Origin: an uncultured Desulfobacter sp.
GTDB taxonomy: Bacteria; Desulfobacterota; Desulfobacteria; Desulfobacterales; Desulfobacteraceae
DNA: 64,000 bases
Direction: 5' to 3'
Assembly: GCA_963665095.1 (NCBI GenBank)
Contig: OY762069.1
Coordinates: 5,024,001 to 5,088,000, forward strand
Shown: positions 19,600-30,183 of the stretch, in pieces
Position numbering within the stretch: the first letter of the stretch is position 1
Layout: each line of letters starts with the position of its first letter
Notes under the pieces: generated by a model
Told to the model about the DNA's origin: nothing
The model's database searches: none
What the model saw: the letters and a program-made list of their open reading frames with translations, nothing else
Made by a program: the position numbers and the translations under genes

Positions 19600-21309
19600 C
19601 TATCCGGGAGATTCAGCTTTTATGATATCTGCCAGCATCTGTTCCGCCCTTAAAATATATGCCTCTGGCAAAAGGCCTTTCATTGCCTTCTCATCTGAGA
19701 AGACCATGAGCAGCGCCTTTGCAAAATGTCTGTTATTGATCATGAGACGGCTTATATGGGGCATTTTGGGTTTGGGGGATGAAATAATATAGGTATCAAA
19801 AAAGATCCGGTAAAAATCCCGTTGGGGCCTGAAATGAACGGCATAGGCACTGAGCCGTTTTTTGATGCCTGATATGGACGAGTTAATGGGCAGTTTTTTG
19901 TCCGCATAATCTTCAAGGGTGATGAATCCTTTTTCCATAAGGGCGGCACGCATGCTTACCATGATTTCCCGGTCCCGGTCCTGGGTAACCCGGCAAAGCA
20001 TCTCACAAAGAGGTATCACCTCATCCATGGTGTCATAGGAGGTATTCAGTATTAGTGCGATAAAGGCGATTTTAACATCTTCTTTTTCTTCCGTGAGCCA
20101 GGATTCATCCAGGCCCAGGTTATCAATGGCCCGCTGGGTTTCGACCACGGCCCTTTCCACAGTTTCCAGGCCGGCATGACGGTTGAGTGTGCCTTCATCA
20201 TAAATGCGGTGAATTTTCTCTGTCAGCTCCTTGAACATCAACCGAAAAAGATCGGTAAAGGGCTCTTCGCATGCCGGATCCGTACTGAATTCCCGGCAGA
20301 ACCGGTTAATGTGGGGGACGCTGAACAGGATATTCATCCGGTACCGCATGGCAGATACCGCTGTCTGGTGGGGCATCTCTTTTTGCTCAAGTGTCTGGGG
20401 CCACACGTCAAAAAAAATCCAGAGCAGACCCTGCTGAAGTTTGGAATATGTCTCGCCAATGATGGACCGGGGTGCCAGTTCCAGGATTTCGCGCAGCCGA
20501 TAAGCGGAATTAAGGTAGTCGTCGATTTTTTGCAGCAGGGCATAGATTGCCGTATCCAGCTTTTCCATGGATTTGAAGTACTCTTTTTCGTTGGTCTGGC
20601 TGGATACCGTCTGGGCCCGGGTATAGAGCAGCTTGGTAAAAATGTCTGTATACCCGTTGATCTCCTGATGTGCCTTGTTGATGATGGAGGCAAGGGTGGC
20701 CTTTTCCATGCTCGGCAGCCGGGCTCCTGCCAGCCGGCAGATCAGATCTGCATCTTTAATATCTTCAAGATATTCGATCCAGGGTTTGTCCTGGGCCAGG
20801 CTGAAAATAAGTCCTCTGAGCGTGTTGGCGACCAGGCTTTTGTAGTCTCTGCCGGCAGTGCTGTTTTTGATAACGGCTTTCAGGTCCGAGGTCATCAGGC
20901 TGTTATCCTGACTCTCCGGGTGGCTGTTTACCATGTTGAAAAAGGTAATGATGATGTTGGTGGTTAAAAATTCAATGGTTTTTTTATTATCCGCTTCCTG
21001 GATGTCCTGCTGGGAGATACTGTAACCGCAGTCAAAGGCAATGGGCGGCATCTCCCGGACCATGACCCTGAACAACGTGATCAGGCTTTCCAGATACTGG
21101 TCCGGCAAAGGAAACTCTTTCTTGTTCATCTCCTCAAGGAAAAACCGGGTGATCTCATCAATGGGTATCAGGGGGATCCCGTGGCTTTGTTCCGGATATT
21201 TTTTCACAGGATTCAGACCCTGGCCGCCTTTAAGCATCAGTGACGGCATGTCTGTGTTATACAGCTGGTTCCGGAACAGTTGGATTTTATTTTCGGTCAG
21301 TATTGTCAA
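19600..21309 (-). CDS. Hypothetical protein, 569 aa
   Basis: Long ORF overlapping the end of the upstream FapA-like gene; no motif recognised. Confidence 0.75.
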   Translation of the reverse strand: MTILTENKIQLFRNQLYNTDMPSLMLKGGQGLNPVKKYPEQSHGIPLIPIDEITRFFLEEMNKKEFPLPDQYLESLITLFRVMVREMPPIAFDCGYSISQQDIQEADNKKTIEFLTTNIIITFFNMVNSHPESQDNSLMTSDLKAVIKNSTAGRDYKSLVANTLRGLIFSLAQDKPWIEYLEDIKDADLICRLAGARLPSMEKATLASIINKAHQEINGYTDIFTKLLYTRAQTVSSQTNEKEYFKSMEKLDTAIYALLQKIDDYLNSAYRLREILELAPRSIIGETYSKLQQGLLWIFFDVWPQTLEQKEMPHQTAVSAMRYRMNILFSVPHINRFCREFSTDPACEEPFTDLFRLMFKELTEKIHRIYDEGTLNRHAGLETVERAVVETQRAIDNLGLDESWLTEEKEDVKIAFIALILNTSYDTMDEVIPLCEMLCRVTQDRDREIMVSMRAALMEKGFITLEDYADKKLPINSSISGIKKRLSAYAVHFRPQRDFYRIFFDTYIISSPKPKMPHISRLMINNRHFAKALLMVFSDEKAMKGLLPEAYILRAEQMLADIIKAESPG

Positions 21310-23323
21310 TGATATCTATTCCCAGTTCCGTTCCCCCTGCGTCTGTCACAAGGGTCTGCATGATTTTAACATTGCTTCTGGCTTCTGTGATTTCCTTTGA
21401 TGTCTCAGAGCCCTTGATCAGGGTGCCGGGAATAACCTGGCCTGTGACAATGGCCTGGGCCTGACCGGGGTTCCGCTGCTGCCATCTGGTGAAGTTTTCC
21501 TGTTCGCCTGTCAGCCGTGTCAGGGTATTTTCCAGTGCAATACTTTCGGCTTTAAGTTCCTGGATACGGCCTTTTTTCTTTTCCATGCGGTCAAGCAGGC
21601 GGTTAAACTCCTTGTCAAGGCGAACCAGGAGCCGTTTGTTTGTCTGTATCTGGGATTTGCTTGCACTTTGCTTGTCGCTGCCCTGCTTTGACAATAAAAA
21701 GTTTTCCTGTCTGGCCCGGTCTATTTCATGCACCAGGCGCAGGGTTCCCTGGGTGGTTTTTACGACATCCTGGTATAAAATGTCTATTTTTTCGCGAATC
21801 TGTTCCTGCCGTTCAATGCCGAGGTCGATTCTGTCCCGGATATTTTTTAACTCCCGGAGGGTGAACGCATCCACCCCCAGTGTAATAATATTGGGGGTGG
21901 ATTTTTCAGTGCCCAGATGGCGGGTGATAAGGCCCTTATTGCAGGTGATGTTGGAAGAGAGGATCTCCCCGTTTTGAATATTTACCGTTCCGGAAGTTAC
22001 AATCCGGCTGTCCAGGATCTCCTTGTCCACAGTGAGATTGCCCAGGCAGAAGATCGTGGAGTTCTGGACAAACTTGATGGAGACGTTTCCCCGGGAATAT
22101 ACAGTGCCGCCGATCATTCCGTTGAGAACCGTCACATCCCCTGATGCGTCAATTTCACCGCCATCCACCACCCCCACACGGACCTCGTGTCCAATGGCCT
22201 TGAACCCGGCCTTAAGTGTGCCTTTGATTACGATGTCACCGTCATAATCAATGTGCCCGGTTTGATAATCAATGTCGTCAGCGGCTATAAAGGCACGGGA
22301 GACATGAATTTTACCGGATTGATCCAGGGTCGGGCAGCCGTCAATTTCGGAATATAATTCAAGCCCGTCGGAAGAGAGCATGGCCCCTGCTTCAAACCGC
22401 AGGGGGGTGTCCACGGCCGGAGGCACCGGGAGCTCCTGGTTAAAGACATTTCTACCATTGCAGGCTTCGATCATGGGATATTTTTTGGCCAGCAATGTGC
22501 CTCTTTTCACCCATGGAATGGGGCCTCTGTCTCTGAAGTCAATATTCCCGTCTTCATCAATGCCGCCGGCCTTAAGATGGTCGGTTTCGAAAAAATATTC
22601 GATTCTGGCATCCTTGCCGGGTACAGGGTCTGTTCCCCGGGCCACCCGGAAAGGCGTTGTTTTATAGCCGGTTGAATCGATGAAATCTTCAATGTCAAAG
22701 ATCTCTGCCAGGCCGTAACAGATGCCGAATTCCTGCAGCTGTTCAATGATTTTGGACGAAGGTACTGTATCCTTGAATTTATTGGTTTTTTTGATAAACG
22801 CCATCATGCCTGCGGCATCCACTTCCAGTATAACCCCGCAGTCAAGTTCGCTGGACATGGCGTGGTCCTGTTTTTCAGGGGCCTGTTCCTGAGTCATCTG
22901 ATCCGGCGACGCGGGTTTGGGTGCTTCAGCCCCAGCCGGTCCTTTTTGCAGATATTGTATAACTTCCTGGTATTGTTCCGGAGTAATTGTCTGGTCGTCC
23001 TGCCAGACCTTGCCGAGGAACAAAGGCTGTTTGTTTTCAGCCAGTTTGCCTTTCTGCCGCTCCATCTCCTGCTGGAACAGCGCCTTGTCAACCAGACCTA
23101 AGGTAACGGCGCAGTTGCCGAAAACCTGGTTTTTCTGAATGGTTTTAAACGCTGAGTAAGTTGCCAGAAGTATTTTGAGCTGTTTGTCTGAAAGGATTTT
23201 TTCCTGCTCAAAATAGTTTTTTAAGGCCAGATCCAGGTTGTCTGCACCTCTGCATGCATCAAGAGCCTGGATGCACTGGGCATTGGTAATGAATTTTTTT
23301 TGCAGCGCTAGCTTTTCCAGCAT
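21287..23323 (-). CDS. FapA/DUF342 family protein
   Basis: VARGTDPVPGKDARIEYFF, GNIDFRDRG, DIDYQTGHIDYDGDIVIKG, beta-helix-like repeats and a coiled coil. Confidence 0.88.
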   Translation of the reverse strand: MLEKLALQKKFITNAQCIQALDACRGADNLDLALKNYFEQEKILSDKQLKILLATYSAFKTIQKNQVFGNCAVTLGLVDKALFQQEMERQKGKLAENKQPLFLGKVWQDDQTITPEQYQEVIQYLQKGPAGAEAPKPASPDQMTQEQAPEKQDHAMSSELDCGVILEVDAAGMMAFIKKTNKFKDTVPSSKIIEQLQEFGICYGLAEIFDIEDFIDSTGYKTTPFRVARGTDPVPGKDARIEYFFETDHLKAGGIDEDGNIDFRDRGPIPWVKRGTLLAKKYPMIEACNGRNVFNQELPVPPAVDTPLRFEAGAMLSSDGLELYSEIDGCPTLDQSGKIHVSRAFIAADDIDYQTGHIDYDGDIVIKGTLKAGFKAIGHEVRVGVVDGGEIDASGDVTVLNGMIGGTVYSRGNVSIKFVQNSTIFCLGNLTVDKEILDSRIVTSGTVNIQNGEILSSNITCNKGLITRHLGTEKSTPNIITLGVDAFTLRELKNIRDRIDLGIERQEQIREKIDILYQDVVKTTQGTLRLVHEIDRARQENFLLSKQGSDKQSASKSQIQTNKRLLVRLDKEFNRLLDRMEKKKGRIQELKAESIALENTLTRLTGEQENFTRWQQRNPGQAQAIVTGQVIPGTLIKGSETSKEITEARSNVKIMQTLVTDAGGTELGIDIIDNTDRK

Positions 23324-23656
23324 ATGGGTCTGTTCCGAAGGTGGTTACCGTCTCATTCAGCATACCCTCTGGCCAGGTGTGATCTGAACTGTTCAACAGA
23401 CCCCGCCCGGGTCTTAGGGGTGAATGTAATTATTTTGGCCCATCAGGCGTAAAACATCAAGAAAAAAGGCAAAATGGCCGCAATTTCGCATATATGCCGG
23501 CAAAATAAACATGCTTTCAGTCGGAAAAGAGATCTGAACGAATGTTCTTTTTTAGTATCCGCTTATTAAATAATTCAGCCAGTTTAGGGTTGACTTACCG
23601 CGTTTGAACCAACTATAGATATTGTACTTCAGAAACCCGAAAATGGAGATTCACAG

Positions 23657-24058
23657 ATGAAAATTTTAAAGATTGATCACCTTGGTATTGCCGTTTCGAG
23701 CATTGATGAAAAAAAGAATTTCTGGACGGATGTATTAGGCCTCTCCTTTGAGGGAACTGAGACCGTGGATGCCCAGAAAGTGACCACCGCATTTCTTCCG
23801 GTGGGAGAAAGCGAAGTTGAGCTTCTTGAGTCCACGTCAGATGACGGGCCCGTGGCCAAGTACATTGAGAAAAAAGGGGAAGGCATTCAGCATGTGGCCT
23901 TCCGGGTGGAAAACATTGATGACGCCCTGGCAGAACTCAAGGAAAAAGGCATCCGGCTCATTGACGAAGTGCCGCGCATCGGGGCCGGCGGTGCCAGAAT
24001 CGCTTTCCTGCACCCCAAAGCAACCAGCGGTGTTCTTGTTGAATTATGTGAAAGATAA
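23657..24058 (+). CDS. mce: Methylmalonyl-CoA epimerase
   Basis: IDHLGIAV, EVELLE, KKGEGIQHVAFRV, AFLHPK...GVLVELCE. Confidence 0.93.
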   Translation: MKILKIDHLGIAVSSIDEKKNFWTDVLGLSFEGTETVDAQKVTTAFLPVGESEVELLESTSDDGPVAKYIEKKGEGIQHVAFRVENIDDALAELKEKGIRLIDEVPRIGAGGARIAFLHPKATSGVLVELCER

Positions 24059-24153
24059 AGACGGCTGCTGGTATCATATTGACCCCTGCTCCCGGTAGAA
24101 CCAATTCAATTAAAACTAGAGCATTACTTATAATTCATTTTAAGGAAAATTAG

Positions 24154-25314
24154 ATGAAGATACACGAGTATCAGGCAAAGGAATTGTTTCGCAAGTACAA
24201 TGTCCCTGTTCCTGTCGGACAGCCTGCGTTTTCAGTGGATGAGGCAGTGGCGGCCGCTGAAACCCTGGGGGGATTTCCCGTGGTGGTCAAGGCTCAGATC
24301 CATGCCGGGGGAAGGGGCAAGGGGGGCGGGGTGAAACTGGCCCGCTCCATGGATGAGGTAACATCTCTGGCCGGTGATATTCTGGGTATGACCCTGGTGA
24401 CCCATCAGACAGGACCTGAAGGGAAACTGGTGCAAAAGCTTCTCATTGAGGCCGGCCAGAACATTGAAAAAGAGCTCTACCTCTCCCTGCTGGTGGACCG
24501 GGGTACGGCTTCTGTGGTGATCATGGCCAGTCAGGACGGCGGCATGGACATTGAGGACGTGGCTGCTAAAACCCCTGAACGGATTATCAAGGTTCAGGTG
24601 GACCCGCTCATGGGCATCCAGGGCTACCAGCTGCGGGAAGTGGCATTCGGCCTGGGCCTGAAAGGGGCGGCATTTAAAGCCTTTAGCAAGTTGCTGGCCA
24701 ACCTTTATAAGTGTTTTGTGGACAATGACTGCTCCCTGGTGGAGATCAACCCTTTAATCCTGACCTCGGACGAACAGGTGATTGCTCTGGACGCCAAGGT
24801 GGATTTTGACGGCAATGCCTTGTTCCGCCACAAAGACCTTCTGGAGCTGCGGGACCTTACCGAAGAAAATCCTCTGGAGGTGGAGGCTTCAAAATTTAAT
24901 CTTAACTATATCAACCTGGACGGCAATGTGGGCAATATCGTCAATGGTGCCGGGCTGGCCATGGCCACCATGGACATCATCAAGATTGCAGGCGCCTCTC
25001 CTGCCAATTTCATGGATGTGGGCGGCGGCGCCTCTGCCGAGCAGGTGGAAAATGCCTTCAGGATCATCCTGGCGGATGAAAAGGTCAAGGCGGTACTCAT
25101 AAATATCTTCGGCGGTATCCTGCGCTGCGATATCTTTGCCCGGGGCGTGGTGGAAGCGGCCAAAAAGACCGGCATAAATATCCCGGTGGTGGTGCGCATG
25201 GAAGGCACCAATGTGGATCAAGGCAAGAAAATCCTGGCGGATGCCGGGCTGAACCTGACCTCTGCAGCGGATCTGTCCGATGCGGCCAGTAAAATTGCTG
25301 CCGCAGTAAAATAA
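24154..25314 (+). CDS. sucC: Succinyl-CoA ligase beta subunit
   Basis: [42 protein letters not shown]. Confidence 0.97.
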   Translation: MKIHEYQAKELFRKYNVPVPVGQPAFSVDEAVAAAETLGGFPVVVKAQIHAGGRGKGGGVKLARSMDEVTSLAGDILGMTLVTHQTGPEGKLVQKLLIEAGQNIEKELYLSLLVDRGTASVVIMASQDGGMDIEDVAAKTPERIIKVQVDPLMGIQGYQLREVAFGLGLKGAAFKAFSKLLANLYKCFVDNDCSLVEINPLILTSDEQVIALDAKVDFDGNALFRHKDLLELRDLTEENPLEVEASKFNLNYINLDGNVGNIVNGAGLAMATMDIIKIAGASPANFMDVGGGASAEQVENAFRIILADEKVKAVLINIFGGILRCDIFARGVVEAAKKTGINIPVVVRMEGTNVDQGKKILADAGLNLTSAADLSDAASKIAAAVK

Positions 25315-25327
25315 AGGAGACCTAAAC

Positions 25328-26194
25328 GTGAGTATTTTTGTAAATAAGGAAACCAGGCTCCTGGTCCAGGGAATCACAGGAAATGAAGGCAGTTTTCATA
25401 CCAGGCAGTGCATTGAATACGGCACCCGTGTCGTGGCCGGCGTTACCCCCGGCAAGGGCGGCCAGACCATGGATGATGTGCCGGTATTCAATACCGTGGC
25501 TCAGGGCGTAAAGCAGACCGGTGCCAATGCCTCCTTAATTTTTGTTCCGCCGCCATTTGGTGCGGATGCCATCATGGAGGCCGCAGATGCAGGGGTTGAG
25601 CTGATTGTCTGTATCACTGAAGGCATCCCCATTATGGATATGGTCAAGGTGAAGAAATTCTTAGCCACAAAATCATGCCGGCTCATCGGTCCCAACTGCC
25701 CCGGTATCATTACCCCGGATGAGTGCAAAATCGGGATCATGCCGGGTAAAATTCATAAAAAAGGCCATGTGGGCGTGGTCTCCCGATCCGGCACCCTTAC
25801 CTATGAAGTGGTGGACCAGCTTACAAAGCTGGGCATGGGTCAGTCTACCTGTATCGGCATTGGCGGGGACCCGGTGAACGGGACCAATTTCATTGATGTC
25901 CTCGCAGCGTTTCAGGCGGATGATGAGACACAGGCTGTTGTTATGGTAGGCGAAATCGGTGGCAGCGCAGAAGAAGAAGCGGCAGTTTATATCAAAGAAA
26001 ATTTGACAAAACCCGTGGTTGGTTTTATAGCCGGACTGACAGCACCGCCCGGCCGCCGCATGGGCCATGCCGGTGCCATTATTTCAGGGTCCAGTGGCAC
26101 CGGTGAGGCAAAGATTAAAGCCTTTCAGGACAACGGGGTCCATGTCTGCCGAAACCTGGGCGAAATCGGGCAGATCTGCAAAGATGCTTTTTAG
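25328..26194 (+). CDS. sucD: Succinyl-CoA ligase alpha subunit
   Basis: [27 protein letters not shown]. Confidence 0.97.
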   Translation: MSIFVNKETRLLVQGITGNEGSFHTRQCIEYGTRVVAGVTPGKGGQTMDDVPVFNTVAQGVKQTGANASLIFVPPPFGADAIMEAADAGVELIVCITEGIPIMDMVKVKKFLATKSCRLIGPNCPGIITPDECKIGIMPGKIHKKGHVGVVSRSGTLTYEVVDQLTKLGMGQSTCIGIGGDPVNGTNFIDVLAAFQADDETQAVVMVGEIGGSAEEEAAVYIKENLTKPVVGFIAGLTAPPGRRMGHAGAIISGSSGTGEAKIKAFQDNGVHVCRNLGEIGQICKDAF

Positions 26195-26217
26195 AATACT
26201 ATAAGGAGGTTTTACCA

Positions 26218-27282
26218 TTGGAAAGTTACACCATTGAATCAAACAAGAAAAAGAGCAGGCTGCCGGCCCGGCTGGATTTTCTCCAGAGCGGAACCGGCCT
26301 TGTTCTCGGGCTGTTCATGTGGGCGCACATGGTTCTGGTGGCCAGCATTATTCTGGGGCCGGGTGCCTTTAACTGGGTGGCCAAAACCATGGAATTGTCC
26401 TTTTTGTCCGGTACGGGTGAAGGGTACCCCATTGCTGTTTTCTTCGCCGTGTCCATTGTATTTACGCTCTTTATCCTGCATGCCTTTTTAGGGATCAGAA
26501 AGTTTCCCATTTCCTGGAAACAGCACCGCATCATGAGAGACCAGATGATCCTGATGAAGCACCAGGATACCAATTTGTGGTACATCCAGGCATTGACCGG
26601 GTTTATCATGTTTTTTGCAGGGTCCGCCCATCTTTATGTGATGCTGACCCATCCGGGTTCCATTGATCCCTACCTGTCTGCAAGTCGTGTGGTATCGGAC
26701 AACATGTGGTTTGTCTACCTGATTCTTCTGGTGAGTGTGGAGCTTCACGGCACCATCGGGTTGTACCGGCTCTGTATGAAATGGGGCTGGTTCCAGGGTG
26801 AAGATTATAAAACTGCCAGGGAAAACCGGGCAAAACTCAAACAGTTTAAAAACAAACTGACCATTGGCTTTCTTTGTGTCGGTGTTCTGGCCCTTCTGAT
26901 ATTTGTCATCATTGGCCTGCGCCATCCGGAAGGAGAACCGTACCCTGCTTCCCATGCTGTTTCAAGCCATGAAGCTGCTGCGCCTGTTGAGGAAGAAGCC
27001 GCAGAACCAGCAGAACCCGCAGCCCACGAAGAGGCTGTGGTGGTGGAAGAATCCCATGAACAGGCGGCCGCTGTTGTTGAAGAGGCTGAAAAAACCGAGT
27101 CCCATGACAGTGAACCTGCAGCCGTGGCACCTGAAGCCTCCGAAGAACCGGCAGCCGGCCATGGGGATACGGAACATGAGGCGGTTCAGGAAGAAGCAGC
27201 GCATCCGGAATCCGGAGATCAGGGCCATGGGGAAGAGGCCCTTCATACTGACGGCGGTCATGGTGCCAAAGAAATACTATAA
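26218..27282 (+). CDS. frdC: Fumarate reductase/succinate dehydrogenase cytochrome b subunit (Wolinella FrdC type) with long acidic tail
   Basis: DFLQSGTGLVLGLFMWAHM, HAFLGIRKFP, QALTGF..F...AHL, VELHGTIGLYRL..KWGWF; TTG start with GGAGG. Confidence 0.92.
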   Translation: MESYTIESNKKKSRLPARLDFLQSGTGLVLGLFMWAHMVLVASIILGPGAFNWVAKTMELSFLSGTGEGYPIAVFFAVSIVFTLFILHAFLGIRKFPISWKQHRIMRDQMILMKHQDTNLWYIQALTGFIMFFAGSAHLYVMLTHPGSIDPYLSASRVVSDNMWFVYLILLVSVELHGTIGLYRLCMKWGWFQGEDYKTARENRAKLKQFKNKLTIGFLCVGVLALLIFVIIGLRHPEGEPYPASHAVSSHEAAAPVEEEAAEPAEPAAHEEAVVVEESHEQAAAVVEEAEKTESHDSEPAAVAPEASEEPAAGHGDTEHEAVQEEAAHPESGDQGHGEEALHTDGGHGAKEIL

Positions 27283-27297
27283 GAAAGGGAAAGCCCA

Positions 27298-29268
27298 ATG
27301 AATATCATATATACGGATTCACTTGTTATCGGCGGGGGGCTTGCTGGGCTTCGCGTCGCCATTGCTGCCAAGCAGAGGGGGTATGAGAGTATTATCCTGT
27401 CCCTGATGCCGGCCAAACGGTCACACTCCGCTGCTGCCCAGGGCGGCATGCAGGCAAGTCTTGGCGCCTGCATCAAAGGGGACGGGGATGATGAAGATGT
27501 CCACTTTGCAGATACAGTCAAAGGGTCTGACTGGGGGTGTGACCAGGATGTGGCCAGAATGTTTGTAAATACTTCTCCCAAAGCCATCCGGCAGCTCTCT
27601 GCCTGGGGTGTGCCCTGGTCCAGGGTCAGGGGCGGTGACAGGGAAGTGGTGATCAACGGTGAAAAAGTGACCATCACGGAAAAACACGAGGCCCACGGCC
27701 TGATCACAGCCAGGGATTTCGGCGGTACCAAGAAATGGCGCACCTGTTTTACCTCGGACGGCACTGGCCACACCATGCTCTATGCCATGGACAACAAGGC
27801 CATCCAGATGGACATTTCCGTGCATGAAAGAAAAGAGGCCATTGCCCTGATCCATGAAGACGGGGTGTGCTACGGGGCGGTTGTCCGGGATCTGATTACC
27901 GGTGAACTCATTGCCTATATTGCCAAAACCACTACCATTGCCACAGGCGGTTACGGCAGGCTCTATGCCGTTTCCACCAATGCGGTGATCTCCGAAGGCA
28001 TCGGCTGTGCCATTGCCCTTGAAACCGGTATTGCCACCCTGGGCAACATGGAAGCGGTTCAGTTCCACCCCACCGCCATCGTGCCCGTGGGTATCTTGAC
28101 AACGGAAGGGTGCCGCGGCGACGGCGGACTCCTGCTGGACAAGGACGGATACCGGTTCATGCCCGACTATGAGCCTGATAAAAAAGAGCTGGCCTCCAGG
28201 GACGTTGTCTCCCGGCGCATGACCGAGCACATGAGAAAGGGCAAAGGCGTGCCCTCCCGCTACGGCGATCACCTCTGGCTGGACATCACCCTTCTGGGCC
28301 GCAAGCATATTGAAAAGAACCTGCGTGAGGTTAAAGAGATCTGTGAATACTTCCTGGGCGTTGACCCGGTGAAGGAGTACATCCCGGTACGGCCCACCCA
28401 GCACTACTCCATGGGCGGGGTGAGAACCAAAGCCACAGGTGAAAGCCCGACACTTAAGGGCCTTTTCTCGGCTGGTGAAGCTGCCTGCTGGGATATGCAC
28501 GGATTTAACCGTCTGGGCGGCAACTCTGTGGCGGAAACCGTTGTGGCCGGCATGATTGTGGGCGAATATGTGGCCGATTACTGTGCCGCCAACAGCCTTT
28601 CCATCTCCACATCCACCATTGAGAATTTTGTCAAACGCGAGCAGGAGAAGATTGCAGATCTGCTCACCCGGGATTATGGTGAAAATCCATTCCAGCTTAA
28701 AGCCGAAATGCAGAAGGTGATGATGGACAAGGTGGGCATTTTCCGCAACGGTCAGGATCTGGAGCAGGCTGTTGAGGAGCTGAAAGTGCTCAACCAGCGG
28801 GCCAAGAAGATTGCCCTGCGCAACCGGATTTCCTCTGCCAACCCGGAACTGGTGGAAGCCATCCGGGTACCCAAAATGATCAAGCTTGCCCAGTGTGTGG
28901 CCTATGGCGCCATGCTGCGGACTGAAAGCCGCGGGGCCCATGCCCGGGAAGATTATCCGGAAAGAAACGACCGCGACTGGCTCAAACGCACCCTGACCAC
29001 CTGGAAGGATGATACCGCGGATCTGCCGGAAGTGACTTACGAGGACCTGGATGTTATGAAAATGGAGATGCCTCCGGGGTCCAGGGGATACGGCGTGGAT
29101 AACACCATCCACCATCCGGATACGGAAAAACGGGTGGCCCAGATTGAGGAGATTAAAAAGGCCAACAAAAAGGCAGACCGGCATCAAATGCAGGAACTGC
29201 TCAATCCCATCACCATCCCGGAAAAATTCAAAGGCAAAAACGAGCGTATCGGCAGGGGGTATAAATAA
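27298..29268 (+). CDS. frdA: Fumarate reductase/succinate dehydrogenase flavoprotein subunit
   Basis: [43 protein letters not shown]. Confidence 0.97.
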   Translation: MNIIYTDSLVIGGGLAGLRVAIAAKQRGYESIILSLMPAKRSHSAAAQGGMQASLGACIKGDGDDEDVHFADTVKGSDWGCDQDVARMFVNTSPKAIRQLSAWGVPWSRVRGGDREVVINGEKVTITEKHEAHGLITARDFGGTKKWRTCFTSDGTGHTMLYAMDNKAIQMDISVHERKEAIALIHEDGVCYGAVVRDLITGELIAYIAKTTTIATGGYGRLYAVSTNAVISEGIGCAIALETGIATLGNMEAVQFHPTAIVPVGILTTEGCRGDGGLLLDKDGYRFMPDYEPDKKELASRDVVSRRMTEHMRKGKGVPSRYGDHLWLDITLLGRKHIEKNLREVKEICEYFLGVDPVKEYIPVRPTQHYSMGGVRTKATGESPTLKGLFSAGEAACWDMHGFNRLGGNSVAETVVAGMIVGEYVADYCAANSLSISTSTIENFVKREQEKIADLLTRDYGENPFQLKAEMQKVMMDKVGIFRNGQDLEQAVEELKVLNQRAKKIALRNRISSANPELVEAIRVPKMIKLAQCVAYGAMLRTESRGAHAREDYPERNDRDWLKRTLTTWKDDTADLPEVTYEDLDVMKMEMPPGSRGYGVDNTIHHPDTEKRVAQIEEIKKANKKADRHQMQELLNPITIPEKFKGKNERIGRGYK

Positions 29269-30002
29269 TGAGCGAAGAAGGAAGAATTTTAAGGTTTCAG
29301 ATATTTCGGTACAACCCCCAGAAAAAGGGGGACAAGCCGCGCATGGTAACCTATGAGGTGACTGAAGCCCCTGGGATGACCATTTTCATTGCACTCAACG
29401 ATATCCGGGAGCACCAGGATCCCTCCCTGCAGTTTGATTTTATCTGCCGGGCCGGCATCTGCGGCTCCTGCGGCATGGTGATCAACGGCCGGCCGGATCT
29501 GGCATGCCGGACGCTTACCTCCAAGTTTCCGGACGGTGAGATTACGCTTCTGCCCCTGCCCGGCTTTGAACTGATCGGAGATCTCTCCGTGAATACCGGT
29601 AAATTCATGCGGGCCATGAGCGAGCGGGTGGAGTCCTGGATTCATGACCACAATGCTGATGAAGTCGATTACAACAAGCTTGAAGAGCGCATGGATCCGG
29701 ACATCATGGATGAGGTGTATGAGCTGGAGCGGTGCGTGGAGTGCGGCTGCTGCGTCTCTGCCTGCGCCACCAAACGAATGCGTCCTGACTTTCTGTCTGC
29801 CGTGGGCTTCATGCGGCTGGCAAGATTTTACCTGGATCCCCGGGACAAACGTACCGATGAGGAATACTACGAGATCATTGGTGATGATGACGGCGTGTTC
29901 GGCTGCATGACCCTTCTGGGTTGTGAGGACTATTGTCCCAAGGATTTGCCGCATCAGACGCAGATTGCTTTCCTGCGCAGAAAAATGATCCAGGTTAAAT
30001 AG
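29268..30002 (+). CDS. frdB: Fumarate reductase/succinate dehydrogenase iron-sulfur subunit
   Basis: CRAGICGSC, CVECGCCVSAC, CMTLLGCEDYCP. Confidence 0.97.
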   Translation: MSEEGRILRFQIFRYNPQKKGDKPRMVTYEVTEAPGMTIFIALNDIREHQDPSLQFDFICRAGICGSCGMVINGRPDLACRTLTSKFPDGEITLLPLPGFELIGDLSVNTGKFMRAMSERVESWIHDHNADEVDYNKLEERMDPDIMDEVYELERCVECGCCVSACATKRMRPDFLSAVGFMRLARFYLDPRDKRTDEEYYEIIGDDDGVFGCMTLLGCEDYCPKDLPHQTQIAFLRRKMIQVK

Positions 30003-30127
30003 TGTTTGAACGAAAAGTCACCCACCTGCGGCGTTGCTGCACAAAGCTGCAATCCTCACGTACTGAAGTACGCTCCGGTTGCAGCTTTGCTTGCGCCTTG
30101 CATCTGGGCAACTTTTCGTCCAAACAC
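30002..30127. repeat. 126-bp palindromic intergenic repeat (REP/MITE-like)
   Basis: Terminal inverted repeat gtgtttgaacgaaaagt/acttttcgtccaaacac (16/17), inner caaagctgcaa/ttgcagctttg and cgtact/agtacg. A second partial copy lies at 2241-2307. Confidence 0.85.
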
Positions 30128-30183
30128 CAAACCCGGGGATTTCGTTCAGGCACTAAATAGATATAAGAAAAGAGGTAAAAAAG

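Noticed and set aside
27421..29187. 588-aa antisense ORF opposite frdA (also 13138-14241, 4022-4879 and similar)
   Set aside because: Shadow ORFs of strongly codon-biased genes, with no recognisable motifs.
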